DNA of 64,000 nt from Ignavibacteriales bacterium (GCA_016214905.1 JACRMQ010000007.1:328965-392964); one strand, 5' to 3'; counted from the stretch's first letter, positions 32,826 to 43,273 are shown. Made by a program: numbers and translations. The notes: generated by a model from the sequence alone, not told the origin.

Positions 32826-33113
32826 TTATGTTCCTTCAACAACAATCATTTTAGATTCAGCGGTATCATATCTCAGTCTTTTGGGTTTTGCATACTCTGC
32901 GGACGACCACCATTCTTTTGCCCGAGTGACAGAAGGAAACTCCAACACAACAAGTCGCTTGGGAATCCAATCACCTTCCAGCACTTCTACAGGTTTCCCG
33001 CGGACGATATACTTTCCCCCGTAGGCATGAACTGTATCTTCAGCCAATTTTTTGTATTCCTCGTACCTGACCTGGTCTTTTACGTTGATATCAACAATAA
33101 CATAAGCCGACAT
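32826..33113 (-). CDS. DUF1330 family protein
   Basis: YGGKYIVRG, LEGDW.P.RLVVLEFPS, WWSSAEY. Confidence 0.93.
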   Translation of the reverse strand: MSAYVIVDINVKDQVRYEEYKKLAEDTVHAYGGKYIVRGKPVEVLEGDWIPKRLVVLEFPSVTRAKEWWSSAEYAKPKRLRYDTAESKMIVVEGT

Positions 33114-33169
33114 AATTGTATTCCTTTATTTTAAGATAATTATTTATTGATTAAACAAATTAGAATTTA

Positions 33170-33715
33170 TCAATCAGGGATTACCGCTTCGTCATACCAT
33201 TTAAAATCACGTACGCTAAGATTAATTCCTATAACGATTGAAGTCACACAAATTAAAAGCCCGATTATAAAAACGATATCTGCCAGCGGCTCGGCAATAT
33301 CGAGATTATTAGACAGCAGCCAGTTCCAATCGTGGATCAATCCACGCCCGATGAGGTGCAGTTTTCTAAACGGCGCGTCTTTAATGTATATGCTTACATT
33401 CACAAAATTTTCCCCAAGCCAAAAGCCCGCGGCGCCGATATACCAATTTCGTTGTTTCGCTATAACGAGGACCAAAGCAAGCGGAATTAAAATTTGTGTC
33501 AACGAGCCGCCTAAAAAGTAAACGGTGCGGCCGAATATTTTAAAAATAAGATGCCCTGCCTCGTGTATGTAAAGGTTCATCCAATCTGTAATCCAAACAA
33601 TGAATGGCGGACGGAAGCTTGCCGATGTTGGATCGTAATCTGCGAATAAAATGTAAAGCAGATACGTCAGATACGCGTAAAGCGACAGTTTGAGGATTAA
33701 AAGAGTTTGTTTCAT
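33170..33715 (-). CDS. Membrane protein with HExxH (M50-like zinc metalloprotease)
   Basis: IHEAGH, LGGSLTQ, HDW motifs; several TM segments. Confidence 0.7.
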   Translation of the reverse strand: MKQTLLILKLSLYAYLTYLLYILFADYDPTSASFRPPFIVWITDWMNLYIHEAGHLIFKIFGRTVYFLGGSLTQILIPLALVLVIAKQRNWYIGAAGFWLGENFVNVSIYIKDAPFRKLHLIGRGLIHDWNWLLSNNLDIAEPLADIVFIIGLLICVTSIVIGINLSVRDFKWYDEAVIPD

Positions 33716-33833
33716 TATGGTATGAAAATAAGAACGATTCGGGAGAATGGCAAATTTAAAGAAGCAAATCAGTGACTTGTGATTTCGCTGAACTGAAGAA
33801 AATTTCAGAGATTTGTTCTAGCAATTATATTTG

Positions 33834-33897
33834 ACCCCCACTATAATCTTCCTCCTTCACTCCGCTAAGGACATGCCTTTTCCAATGGGGAGATTGA
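33834..33897. repeat. Degenerate composite palindromic element
   Basis: ACCCCCACTATAATC resembles the 5' end of the 63022 element. The internal TCCTTCACTCCGCTAAGGA is a reverse-complement variant of TCCTGAGCGAAGTCGAAGGA at 63075. Confidence 0.5.
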
Positions 33898-33909
33898 TGG
33901 CTGACTTGC

Positions 33910-33960
33910 AAAACCTCCGGTATCTGACTTTAAATTACTTAAGAAGATACCGGAGGTTTT
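33910..33960 (-). terminator. 16-bp perfect inverted repeat, likely terminator of add
   Basis: AAAACCTCCGGTATCT...AGATACCGGAGGTTTT; a related degenerate copy lies at ~39492-39540 after the RsmB-family gene. Confidence 0.75.
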
Positions 33961-33970
33961 ATTTGCAAAT

Positions 33971-35062
33971 TTATTTTTTCTTCAACTTCAATTTTGCTTT
34001 CTGGTATCCCGGCTTGATGACGTCGTAGATGATTTCAATGCGTTTCTTGTACGGAATGAAAGAGCTTTTCATCGCGTTGATGGTGATTTTTTCCAGATCA
34101 TTCAATGTTAATTTAAATACATCATGTGCCAGTTTGTATTCTCTCGTCATCGATGTATCGCTCATAAGGCGGTTATCGGTATTCAATGTTACACGGAATT
34201 TATAACGGAAGTATGTTCGGAACGGATGCTCTTCCACGCTCTTCGCCGCGCCCGTATCAACGTTACTTGTTAAGCACATCTCCAACGGTATTCTTTTATC
34301 GAGCACATACTGGGCAAGATATCCCATGCTCACAACTTCAGTCGGATCGTCGTCAGAAATTTTCATGTCTTCTATCAACCTTGTCGCGTGACCGATGCGG
34401 TGGGCGCCGCACCATTGAATTGCCTGCCATATAGATTCTTTGCCGAAACCTTCGCCGGCATGAATTGTAATATTGAAATTCTCGCGCTGTATATAGTGGA
34501 ATGCATCAACATGTTTCTTCGGAGGAAATCCGCCCTCTTCACCGGCTAAATCGAACCCAACAACGCCGCGCTCACGAAAATCAACCGCGAGTTCAGCCAT
34601 CTCTTGAGAAATTTTCATATTGCGCATTGCGCATATAATCAAACCGAATTCTACGCCAAAATCTTTTTTACCTTTTTCCAAACCGCGCAGAACGGCTGCG
34701 ACAACTTCATCCCCGTGCAATCCTTTATTGGTGGAGAAAATTGGAGCGAAGCGAGTTTCAACATACACAACCCCGTCGTTGTGCATATCTTCCATCATTT
34801 CATAAGACACGCGTTCCAAAGCCTCGGGTGTTTGCATCATTGCAGTAGTATGCGCAAAACCTTCAAGGTATAAAGGAAGACTTCCGCGCTGAGCACCGCG
34901 GTGAAACCATTCCTTCAATTCACCGGGGTCGTTGGTTGGAAGTTTTTTATACTTGATCTCTTTAGCAAGCTCTATAATCGTTTCAGGTCTGAGTCCACCG
35001 TCGAGATGATCGTGAAGCAAAACTTTTGGAACAGAGTGGAGAAATTTTTCGGTAAGTTTCAT
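33971..35062 (-). CDS. add: Adenosine deaminase
   Basis: LHDHLDGGLRP, FDLAG.E, TIHAGE, RIGH, NTDN. Confidence 0.96.
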   Translation of the reverse strand: MKLTEKFLHSVPKVLLHDHLDGGLRPETIIELAKEIKYKKLPTNDPGELKEWFHRGAQRGSLPLYLEGFAHTTAMMQTPEALERVSYEMMEDMHNDGVVYVETRFAPIFSTNKGLHGDEVVAAVLRGLEKGKKDFGVEFGLIICAMRNMKISQEMAELAVDFRERGVVGFDLAGEEGGFPPKKHVDAFHYIQRENFNITIHAGEGFGKESIWQAIQWCGAHRIGHATRLIEDMKISDDDPTEVVSMGYLAQYVLDKRIPLEMCLTSNVDTGAAKSVEEHPFRTYFRYKFRVTLNTDNRLMSDTSMTREYKLAHDVFKLTLNDLEKITINAMKSSFIPYKKRIEIIYDVIKPGYQKAKLKLKKK

Positions 35063-35208
35063 ATCTGATTTTCTTTCAAAATTGTCGTATTTTCGGATTT
35101 TTCTTAAAAAATAGTGGAATTAATGTACAAAGGAAGAATATCAAATGCAACGAATCACCATCGTCTTGACTTTGAAGATGTTTTTATCTAATATAATGCC
35201 TGTATGAT

Positions 35209-36327
35209 ATGATGAAAATTGAAATGACACAGGCACCGAAAATATTGATTGTGGATGATGAAGATGCTTTCCGCATGCTGTTGGCGGCAACACTTGAGGA
35301 TGAAGGATTCGAAGTAGCGACCGCGCCCGATGGAGAGCGCGCTCTTGAATTTATCAATGAACAAACGTTTGATATGGCATTGCTTGACGTAAGAATGCCG
35401 GGTATAGATGGAATGGAAGTGTTAGAAAAAATCAAACAAAATTCGCCAACCACCGATTGCATCATGCTTACCGGTTTTCAAGATATCGAACTGGCGGTCA
35501 AAGCTATTAAAAACGGCGCGAAAGATTTTCTTGGAAAAACTCAAAGTGTTGACGAGCTTCTGATTCGCATCAACAACGTATTGCGCGCCCACAGGGCGGA
35601 GGCGCACATAACGGAAGTTCAACAAGATTACACTTCAAAGCTGATGCACGATTTGCTTTCTCCACTGCATTCACTTCAATCGGCAATAGACTTTTTGGAA
35701 GGGGGGCTCGGCGGCCCCGTTACCGATCTTCAGAAAAAAGTTTTATTGGAAATAAATTCCATGCTCGGAAATATGGATGCCTTGCTGAACGATATGATCG
35801 ATCTGACAATGTTCGAATCGGGGAGAATCGATCTGCAAAAAATTCCAACCAATATGGATGAGCTGGTTCCATCGGTATGTGCTCGTTTCAAGCCGCAGTT
35901 ATCGGTTAAAAATATCACCTTAAATATAAACATCGGGAAAAATATTTCAACTATCACCGTTGATCCGGCGAGGATCGAGCAGGTTACAAATAACATTCTC
36001 GACAATGCGGTTAAGTACACTCCCGAAGGTGGAAGCATTACAGTTTCAATTTCAACTATTATTGAAGAACATGATAGCAAACCTGTCGAGTTTATTGAAG
36101 TTTCAGTGACCGATACAGGAAATGGGATTCCTCCGGCACTATTACCTTTTGTTTTTGATAAATATAAAGAAGTGCTCACCGGTAAATCGTCGGAAAAGAA
36201 GACAACAGGATTGGGTCTGGCTATCTGCCGCAGTATTATTGAAGCTCACCACGGACAGATGACGGCGAAATCAGAGATCGGAAAAGGAAGCACCTTCAGC
36301 TATATTCTTCCTATCGATGTGGGGTGA
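35209..36327 (+). CDS. Hybrid receiver-histidine kinase
   Basis: Receiver (IVDDE, LLDVRMPG) plus HisKA (HDLLSPL) plus HATPase (NAVKYT, DTGNGI, GLGLAI, GKGSTF). Confidence 0.93.
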   Translation: MMKIEMTQAPKILIVDDEDAFRMLLAATLEDEGFEVATAPDGERALEFINEQTFDMALLDVRMPGIDGMEVLEKIKQNSPTTDCIMLTGFQDIELAVKAIKNGAKDFLGKTQSVDELLIRINNVLRAHRAEAHITEVQQDYTSKLMHDLLSPLHSLQSAIDFLEGGLGGPVTDLQKKVLLEINSMLGNMDALLNDMIDLTMFESGRIDLQKIPTNMDELVPSVCARFKPQLSVKNITLNINIGKNISTITVDPARIEQVTNNILDNAVKYTPEGGSITVSISTIIEEHDSKPVEFIEVSVTDTGNGIPPALLPFVFDKYKEVLTGKSSEKKTTGLGLAICRSIIEAHHGQMTAKSEIGKGSTFSYILPIDVG

Positions 36328-36336
36328 AGGTAATTT

Positions 36337-38682
36337 CTAAAAGATGTTAGCCACGCTCAGCGTGAAGTAAAACTGTTTTGGTTCCTTCATTCGATAAGTA
36401 AAATCGGCGCGAAGTATGTCGAAAATTTTACTTACTCCGATTCCCATCTCAGAATACCATCCGTTCGATGTCGTAGCATTCGCGAGCCAGGTTTGCGCAA
36501 ATGAACCGTGTAAAATGATCTCTATCCCGTTGCGATAAAAATACGGTATATCCATAGCGAGAAACGGTGTACTGCGGAAATTATGCTCGATATTAAATTT
36601 TAAGAAGCGATCTCCGCGGAATTCTTTTATACCGCTTCCCCTCAAAACACCGAATGGAGCGACACCGCTGGCGCGTGAATCGAGGACAAATAACCTTTGC
36701 TGAGGCAACGTTCCGTTACTGATACCGCCGCTAACCCGAAATTTCAAAGAAGGCGGAAAAAGTAAACTCTGTGCGTAAGTAGGTAAATTGAAATCAACGT
36801 CAACGCGATATCGTGTGAAATTAAAATCACTCTTCAATAATTTCGATGAAGAATGTTCAATTCTTAATTCGATAGCATCGCGCGGTACGAGATCGAGGGG
36901 AGCAGGTGAATCGCCGAACCGAAAATCGAATTGCAACGATCTGAAATTACCCTCAGCAATAGGCGGATTAAGTCGGAAAGATTTTTGAGATGAAAATAAG
37001 CCCCGCGTTACACTATTTATCATCGATGATTGTTTTTCATTTAAAAAACTTATTGTCCCGCTAAGTGTCCGCCGTGGTTCATATTCAATAAACGCATTCC
37101 ATCCTTTTGTCAGAAAATAATCACGGTAGTCGTTCTTATCTATCAGCGACATAAGTGTTATAGCGAACGAGCCAAAATATCCGTCGTCGGGGACATTGTC
37201 GAGTTTGTAATAGTACGAACCGCCTGCTTTTAATTTTCGGTCTTTCGATAAAAATATCGTAGTTCCAACTTCATATTTAAATCGTTTGTCTGAAAAACCA
37301 TAACCACCGGAACCATTTAGGGAGAGAAAATTCGTGACAGTATCCATTTCGTATCGTCCCCCGAAGAAAAATCCTTCAACCCGGTTGAATCGCACATCAA
37401 GGTAGTTCAATATTCCGCCCACACCATCATCCGATAATGCCATAAGCGGTCCGGAGGGTTTAAATTGTTTATCAAGAGTTTGAGTGCTGTCGAGCGATTT
37501 GTAAGCTTTTTGTTCATCCGCTGTTAACGGAAGAACTTCGTTTTGCGCCCAAAATGTCGAATCAAATTTTATCGATGACGAATCAACTGCAAGCCGAGGT
37601 TTTTTCAAAACGGTATCTGGTATTGTGATGTTTATTTTGTAATCGTAAATTGAAGATGTTGCTTCAATCCCGAATCTCGGCATGGTGATGCCAACAATGC
37701 TGACACTCAATCCGCCGCTGATCCGATTATCTATGGGCATCCAGAATAAACTGTCGAACAATCCGAATTGTTGTTTATAACGCAGGTCGATATCTTTCAC
37801 GAAAGGAAAAGTGAATGTCTCGTTCGGTTTCACATCTACACCCATTACCGCATAAGTTCCTTCGGCAATTGTAATAATCCCATCAAAGAGGGGACGAAGA
37901 CGGGACTTCGGTATCATTCTAATTTTATAAATCTCAAAACCGTTTACAACAGACGTGCCCATCAGTTTATAATCATAATAATCGAGTGCATCCGGTGCTG
38001 TTGGACCGACGAAAGTAAAAGAGGTTGACTTTCTATTTACACCGACGTTAAATAATTTAATCTCGTCATCGTTGAAGTTGATAATCCGGTGAACTGCGGC
38101 AAAGTTTTCCGTGCCGGGTATATTTTCGGTTTGCCTTTTCTGTTTTACCACTTCGCGAAGTGTATCGCCGATCAGCATATAACCTGTTGAGTACGATTCG
38201 GTGATGCTCGCGATCGCTGTGTCACGCCTGATAACCTGACGTGAGAATGCGTCGAATTTGTACGACTTAAGTTTATCCATCCACGATCGCTTATTTGCGA
38301 TAGCTTTCCTTATTATCTCGATTGCAGGATCTTCAGCAAGCACTAAAAATTCAGGCAATTGAATAGGCGATGGCTTTAGTTGTATATCTTTCACAACCGA
38401 TTCTGTTAAATTTATCGCTAAAGTTTCGGGTTGATAGGCGAGGTAGCTGAATACCAGGGTGTGTGTACCCGCTCCAATCGATAGACTGTATCTGCCCTGA
38501 ACGTTTGTGATTGTTCCTTTTGATGTTCCAAGCAGACGTATGTTCGCGGCAGCCAGATAATCGTTATTTGAAGCATCGGTTACAATTCCGCGAATAGTGT
38601 AAATATCCTGACTGGCCGATAATTGAATGAGTAATAAAATTGAAGACGAAATCAGTAAGGAACGCTTAAATCTTTTTTTCAT
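36337..38682 (-). CDS. Carboxypeptidase-regulatory-like domain plus DUF5686-type outer-membrane protein
   Basis: GIVTD...GTITNVQGRYSL...FSYLAY, DPAIEIIRKAI, RFNRVEG, C-terminal Phe. Confidence 0.8.
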   Translation of the reverse strand: MKKRFKRSLLISSSILLLIQLSASQDIYTIRGIVTDASNNDYLAAANIRLLGTSKGTITNVQGRYSLSIGAGTHTLVFSYLAYQPETLAINLTESVVKDIQLKPSPIQLPEFLVLAEDPAIEIIRKAIANKRSWMDKLKSYKFDAFSRQVIRRDTAIASITESYSTGYMLIGDTLREVVKQKRQTENIPGTENFAAVHRIINFNDDEIKLFNVGVNRKSTSFTFVGPTAPDALDYYDYKLMGTSVVNGFEIYKIRMIPKSRLRPLFDGIITIAEGTYAVMGVDVKPNETFTFPFVKDIDLRYKQQFGLFDSLFWMPIDNRISGGLSVSIVGITMPRFGIEATSSIYDYKINITIPDTVLKKPRLAVDSSSIKFDSTFWAQNEVLPLTADEQKAYKSLDSTQTLDKQFKPSGPLMALSDDGVGGILNYLDVRFNRVEGFFFGGRYEMDTVTNFLSLNGSGGYGFSDKRFKYEVGTTIFLSKDRKLKAGGSYYYKLDNVPDDGYFGSFAITLMSLIDKNDYRDYFLTKGWNAFIEYEPRRTLSGTISFLNEKQSSMINSVTRGLFSSQKSFRLNPPIAEGNFRSLQFDFRFGDSPAPLDLVPRDAIELRIEHSSSKLLKSDFNFTRYRVDVDFNLPTYAQSLLFPPSLKFRVSGGISNGTLPQQRLFVLDSRASGVAPFGVLRGSGIKEFRGDRFLKFNIEHNFRSTPFLAMDIPYFYRNGIEIILHGSFAQTWLANATTSNGWYSEMGIGVSKIFDILRADFTYRMKEPKQFYFTLSVANIF

Positions 38683-38779
38683 CTAAATTGTTATATAATT
38701 GATGAAATATAATTATTGTTTGTTTATTGTTCGAAGATATATCGACATATGTTTCGTTGAGCAAAAAACATTTTTCGGA

Positions 38780-39415
38780 TCACTCAAATCGATAAGCAAT
38801 TTTCACAAAACCGGCAATAAGAAAAGGATTGAACGACTTTCCGTCCGAATTCAAAAACGGCTGTTCTTTCCACTGTGCGGTTCCTGCAGAGATGATCGCT
38901 TCAGCCGAAACAACGATGGATTCAATGATCGGGTATCCGACACCTCCGCCAATGCCCGCGCTGATACCGTTGAGATTGAGTTTCCCCAACTCTTTATGCT
39001 CAAGCGATCCGCTCGAATATGAAATTTGAATCAGTAAATACGACTCAACCAGTTGGCGTAATAAAAAGTATTTTCCCTCAACAGCAAGATTGAGAAATGT
39101 AAAATCCATAGATGATTTTGAAGTATTGCCTCCATTGACGATCCAAATATCGTCGATGGTTTTAAAATAGCCGTACATGTTTATGCCTATCGCCCATTGT
39201 TCTGAAAAATGCCGGAGATATCCAAGGTGAATACCGAGGTTTGTTCTACCCGCAACATCATATTGAAGATTGAACAAAGATTTTTCAAACGAGTGCACGG
39301 TCCCGATACCGAATGAAACTTCATTGGGAATAACCGTACATAAGCTATCATCTTGTGCGATACTGATTTGTGTTGCCAGAATGGACAGTATTAGAACAAC
39401 CAAAATATATTTCAT
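38780..39415 (-). CDS. Small outer-membrane beta-barrel protein
   Basis: Signal peptide, Gly/aromatic strands, ends AYRFE; AAGGAG RBS. Confidence 0.72.
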   Translation of the reverse strand: MKYILVVLILSILATQISIAQDDSLCTVIPNEVSFGIGTVHSFEKSLFNLQYDVAGRTNLGIHLGYLRHFSEQWAIGINMYGYFKTIDDIWIVNGGNTSKSSMDFTFLNLAVEGKYFLLRQLVESYLLIQISYSSGSLEHKELGKLNLNGISAGIGGGVGYPIIESIVVSAEAIISAGTAQWKEQPFLNSDGKSFNPFLIAGFVKIAYRFE

Positions 39416-39553
39416 TAGAAGCTCCTTATGGCATTATAGTAAAAGGTTAAGATGTAAGAATGTACAAATCCGGCTGAAAGATATCAAATAAAAAACACCA
39501 TGATCTTCTCTGTTCAATCATTGGAAGGTATCGGAGGTTTGAATCGTAAAATA

Positions 39554-40870
39554 CTAATTAACTCGCCTCAAAACCGCAATAAAAAATCCATCAGTATTAT
39601 GAAGATGCGGCAACAACGAAACAAACGGAAGTTGAAATGAATATCCGCCTGAGCTAAAAATATTTTCGGATTTGTCAGGTTCGAATTCCGCATGCTTTAA
39701 CAAAAACGTATTCACAACATCTTCGTTCTCCCGTTTGAGTATGGAGCAAGTAACGTATACAAGTCTGCCGCCCGGTTTTACAAATTGAGAATTAAAAGTA
39801 AGAAGCTCCTGCTGTTTTTCAACATATCTTTGTATCACGGCTTCTGTCAAACTCCACTTCAATCCGGGATTACGTCTAATGGTTCCCGTGCCGCTGCACG
39901 GCGCATCTACGAGCACAATATTAGCTTTTGCAACTAATTCATTTGAGCGCAGATGTGAACGGGCAATCGTTCGGATATTCGTTATCCCTGCCCGCTTAGA
40001 TCGTGTCATCAGTTCGTGTAATCTCTCTGTGCCGGTATCGATCGAAAAAATATTCCCTTCATTATTCATTAAACCCGCCATGTGCAACGATTTACCACCC
40101 GCACCCGCGCATCCGTCAATAATTGTCATACCCGGTTTTGGAGCGATCATCTGAGAAACAAGTTGACTTCCTTCGTCCTGAATTTCAAACCAGCCGTCTA
40201 AGTACGAAGGATTGATTTTTGCGGTAAACCGCTTCAATGCGATTAGTCCGTCTGGCGAGATAATGGTTCGTACCGTTTCAATTCCCTCTTTCTTAAGGCG
40301 GGTCATGCAATCATCACGGTTTGTCTTAAAAGTATTGACACGCAGAATGGTTGGCGCGGGAATGTTCATTGATTGAAGCAGTTGTTCGGTTTCGCTGCCC
40401 CACTTATCGAACAAATCTTTCACTAACCATTCAGGAAACGAATAACGATTACTTAATTGTATTACCGGATCTTCCGGTAAAAAAGGAAGAGCTGAATTCG
40501 ATTTAATCCATTGAGTGAATTCATCAAGATCGACTTTTGGAAATTGAGTTTTCCAGAGGTGCGGTGCGATGAATGAATTGTTTTCAATTGCCATTGAATA
40601 TGCCACCACCTGCGATAAGTAGCGGACATGCGGTCCTTCCAGAGATATTGATGAAGGATGTTGATGAACATACTCCTTGATTAAAGTACGGATCAATTTC
40701 CGATGACGTATCATGCCGTAAACCATTTCAGCAATGTAACGCCGGTCGCGCGCACCTAAATATCTTTTCGCCCGGAAAAATTCCGCGGTAATTTTATCTG
40801 CCGGCTGAGACTCGGCATCAATTTTTTCGAGTAACTGTATAACATGTCCAACGAGCGAAGAGGCAATCAT
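39554..40870 (-). CDS. RsmB/NOP family RNA m5C methyltransferase
   Basis: EIQDEGSQ, DGCAGAGGK, VDAPCSGTG, YVTCS, TDGFF. Confidence 0.94.
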   Translation of the reverse strand: MIASSLVGHVIQLLEKIDAESQPADKITAEFFRAKRYLGARDRRYIAEMVYGMIRHRKLIRTLIKEYVHQHPSSISLEGPHVRYLSQVVAYSMAIENNSFIAPHLWKTQFPKVDLDEFTQWIKSNSALPFLPEDPVIQLSNRYSFPEWLVKDLFDKWGSETEQLLQSMNIPAPTILRVNTFKTNRDDCMTRLKKEGIETVRTIISPDGLIALKRFTAKINPSYLDGWFEIQDEGSQLVSQMIAPKPGMTIIDGCAGAGGKSLHMAGLMNNEGNIFSIDTGTERLHELMTRSKRAGITNIRTIARSHLRSNELVAKANIVLVDAPCSGTGTIRRNPGLKWSLTEAVIQRYVEKQQELLTFNSQFVKPGGRLVYVTCSILKRENEDVVNTFLLKHAEFEPDKSENIFSSGGYSFQLPFVSLLPHLHNTDGFFIAVLRRVN

Positions 40871-41775
40871 ACGGCAATGAATGGTTTGTTCATATCGGTG
40901 TTCATATAAGCTCTTGCCATTCTTGGTGTGTTAAAAGATATCCCGAAACCGCCGTTTTTATTCAACGCTATTACACCTCCGAAACCGTCGGCTTTGCGAT
41001 GAAGTATTTCTATTCCCTTTTCTGCAGCATCCTGAGCATCACCGCCGTTGATTTCCATCAGGTCGATTACGGTTTTAGCCATTACAACTTTGATCATCGC
41101 TTCGCCCCATCCTGTTGTAGATACACCGCCAACTTCGTTATCGGCATAAGTGCCGCAGCCGATGAGAGGAGAGTCACCCACGCGACCAGGATATTTGTTC
41201 GGTGTTCCACCCGTAGATGTTCCGGTGCAGATATTCCCGAATTGGTCGAGTGCAACAACACCAACCGTATCGGAAGATATTTTTAATTTTTGAAAAGTGT
41301 CTTTAGTCTTGAATTCTTTTTTGGTCCGTAGCGATTCCCATCGATCCCGCTCTCGTTTCGTTACAAGTTCTGCAGATTCACAAATAGCAATACCGTGTTC
41401 CTTAGCATATTGTTCAGCACCGTTTCCAACAAGAAGTATATGCTCGCTCTCATCCATAATCTTACGGGCGACTGTAATAGGATTTCTAATATGATGGACT
41501 GCCGCAACCGCACCGCATCGGATTGTTTTGCCGTCCATGATACTTGCATCAAGTTCTACCACTCCTAATTGGTTTAGATGTGAACCGTATCCCGCGTCGA
41601 ATGTTTCGTCATTCTCCATGGCTCTTACGGCTTGTTCAACAGCATCAATAGCGCTGCCGCCCGATGTAAGAATTCTCCATCCAACCTCAAGCGCCTGTTC
41701 AACACCTTTATGGTGCGATTCGACCGCGTTATCCGGAATATCCCACGCCCCGCCATGTACAATAATTGATATCAT
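40867..41775 (-). CDS. iaaA: Isoaspartyl peptidase / L-asparaginase (Ntn hydrolase)
   Basis: VHGGA, ELDASIMDG, DTVGVVA, TSTGG, GRVGDSP; start at ATG 41775. Confidence 0.93.
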   Translation of the reverse strand: MISIIVHGGAWDIPDNAVESHHKGVEQALEVGWRILTSGGSAIDAVEQAVRAMENDETFDAGYGSHLNQLGVVELDASIMDGKTIRCGAVAAVHHIRNPITVARKIMDESEHILLVGNGAEQYAKEHGIAICESAELVTKRERDRWESLRTKKEFKTKDTFQKLKISSDTVGVVALDQFGNICTGTSTGGTPNKYPGRVGDSPLIGCGTYADNEVGGVSTTGWGEAMIKVVMAKTVIDLMEINGGDAQDAAEKGIEILHRKADGFGGVIALNKNGGFGISFNTPRMARAYMNTDMNKPFIAV

Positions 41776-41963
41776 AAATACAAATAGTTTATATAAACAT
41801 GAATGAAAGTACAAAAAATTGACAGCTTATGCAATGATGCAATGGATACTTTATGGCAGAAAAACCATTTTAACGGATGAATCTTTTGATAAATCAATGC
41901 ATCTGATTTATTGATGCAACTATAAAGAATATCGAACGCAATAATAGGTAAAATGGATTCAAT

Positions 41964-42308
41964 ATGAGTAAAAATATTTTAACAGCAACAGATGATAATT
42001 TTCAACTCGAAGTGCTTAAATCAGATATACCGGTTTTAGTCGATTTCTGGGCGCCTTGGTGCGGACCGTGCCGGATGATCGCTCCTGTAGTGGAAGAAAT
42101 ATCTGATGAGTATGCGGGTAAGTTAAAAGTTGCAAAGCTAAACACGGATGAAAATATGGATACCGCACTCAATTATAGCATCAGAAGTATTCCTACAATA
42201 GGAATTTTTGTCAATGGCAAAATGGTCGATTCCATAATAGGTGCTGTTCCAAAGAAAACGCTGAAAAGTAAAATCGATCAATACATATTGCAAGTCAGCA
42301 TAAATTGA
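41964..42308 (+). CDS. trxA: Thioredoxin
   Basis: [14 protein letters not shown]. Confidence 0.97.
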   Translation: MSKNILTATDDNFQLEVLKSDIPVLVDFWAPWCGPCRMIAPVVEEISDEYAGKLKVAKLNTDENMDTALNYSIRSIPTIGIFVNGKMVDSIIGAVPKKTLKSKIDQYILQVSIN

Positions 42309-42326
42309 TTTTCACCTTGCTTGATT

Positions 42327-42575
42327 ATGATTGAAGAACTGGTTTCAGAAACGAATTACCTTAACTTATCTCATTCGAAGCAAGAAGAACTGATCGCGAA
42401 ATATTGTGCGGGAATAAAATATCGGATAAGCTCGGTAACCGCGAAGAGTGACGCGAATAAAATTGTTAACGATGTTTGTAAAGGATTGGAGAAAGAATGC
42501 AAAAGCGATGTCATACGTTCTTTCCTTCAACAGTATGTACGCGATATATACAAAAATCATTGGAACGAAAAATGA
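42327..42575 (+). CDS. Small helical hypothetical protein
   Basis: ORF fills the gap in the operon; ATGA overlap with the next gene. Confidence 0.65.
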   Translation: MIEELVSETNYLNLSHSKQEELIAKYCAGIKYRISSVTAKSDANKIVNDVCKGLEKECKSDVIRSFLQQYVRDIYKNHWNEK

Positions 42576-42790
42576 TTACAAAAGATATCTCTATCGAAGA
42601 TTTAGTCCGCAACAAGCCCGACTCGGTCCGTTACTTGATGGAAAACGGAATAAAATGCCTCGCTTGCGGTGAACCAATTTGGGGAACGCTTGAAAGCACC
42701 GCGAAAGAAAAAGGATTTTCCGATTCCGAGATTCAGCGATTTGTGGAAGAGATTAATTTGTTGAACAAGGTTGATACCGCTAAATTCTAA
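42572..42790 (+). CDS. DUF1858 family protein
   Basis: ITKDISIEDLV..P, GIKCLACGEP..GTLE...KG. Confidence 0.85.
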   Translation: MITKDISIEDLVRNKPDSVRYLMENGIKCLACGEPIWGTLESTAKEKGFSDSEIQRFVEEINLLNKVDTAKF

Positions 42791-42821
42791 ACCTTAATTT
42801 CTAAATAATAAAACATTTTTT

Positions 42822-42851
42822 TGCGCCGAAGGCGCATCCGCCTCTGGCGGA
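42822..42851. repeat. Tandem pair of 15-nt mini-hairpins flanked by AT-rich 7-mer runs
   Basis: TGCGCC-GAA-GGCGCA directly followed by TCCGCC-TCT-GGCGGA. Confidence 0.8.
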
Positions 42852-42882
42852 AATTTTAACTTTTTAATTTTGGATTGATATT

Positions 42883-43119
42883 ATGCCAGTATACGATTAC
42901 AGATGCACAGATTGCAACAAGACATACGATGTCTATCATAAAACTCAGGAAGTGAAAGATGATATTGTCTGCCCGTCATGCGGATCATCGAATCATAAGA
43001 AATTGATGTCGGTTACTCAGATGTCGATGGGTTCTGATTCCGGTTCAAGTTGTTCAGACGGATCATGCGGACCATACACCGGCGGAGGTTGTGCCGGTGG
43101 TATGTGCGGATTGAACTGA
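42883..43119 (+). CDS. FmdB-family zinc-ribbon protein
   Basis: MPVYDYRCTDC...CPSCGS...KLMS plus a Cys/Gly-rich tail. Confidence 0.92.
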   Translation: MPVYDYRCTDCNKTYDVYHKTQEVKDDIVCPSCGSSNHKKLMSVTQMSMGSDSGSSCSDGSCGPYTGGGCAGGMCGLN

Positions 43120-43146
43120 TTCAATCATCCCGACTTTAATCCTCAA

Positions 43147-43212
43147 TAATAAAATCCCGCAATTAATCCCCGCAAGTTCGGAATTTCCCGAATCGGTGGG
43201 GATTTTTATTTT
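43147..43212 (+). terminator. Terminator-like hairpin with internal repeats
   Basis: AATAAAATCCCGC...GTGGGATTTTTATT; AATCCCGCAA occurs twice. Confidence 0.6.
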
Positions 43213-43244
43213 CATAAAATGATGAAATTAAGAAACACTCAAAC

Positions 43245-43273
43245 TTGAAACTTGCCTTTAAAATTGTTAAACT
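43245..43273 (+). promoter_or_regulatory. Putative promoter of the purine catabolic cluster (TTGAAA-17-TAAACT, extended TG)
   Basis: Hexamers read directly; followed by CTAAAC-N6-GTTTAG inverted repeat over the likely start site. Confidence 0.5.
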
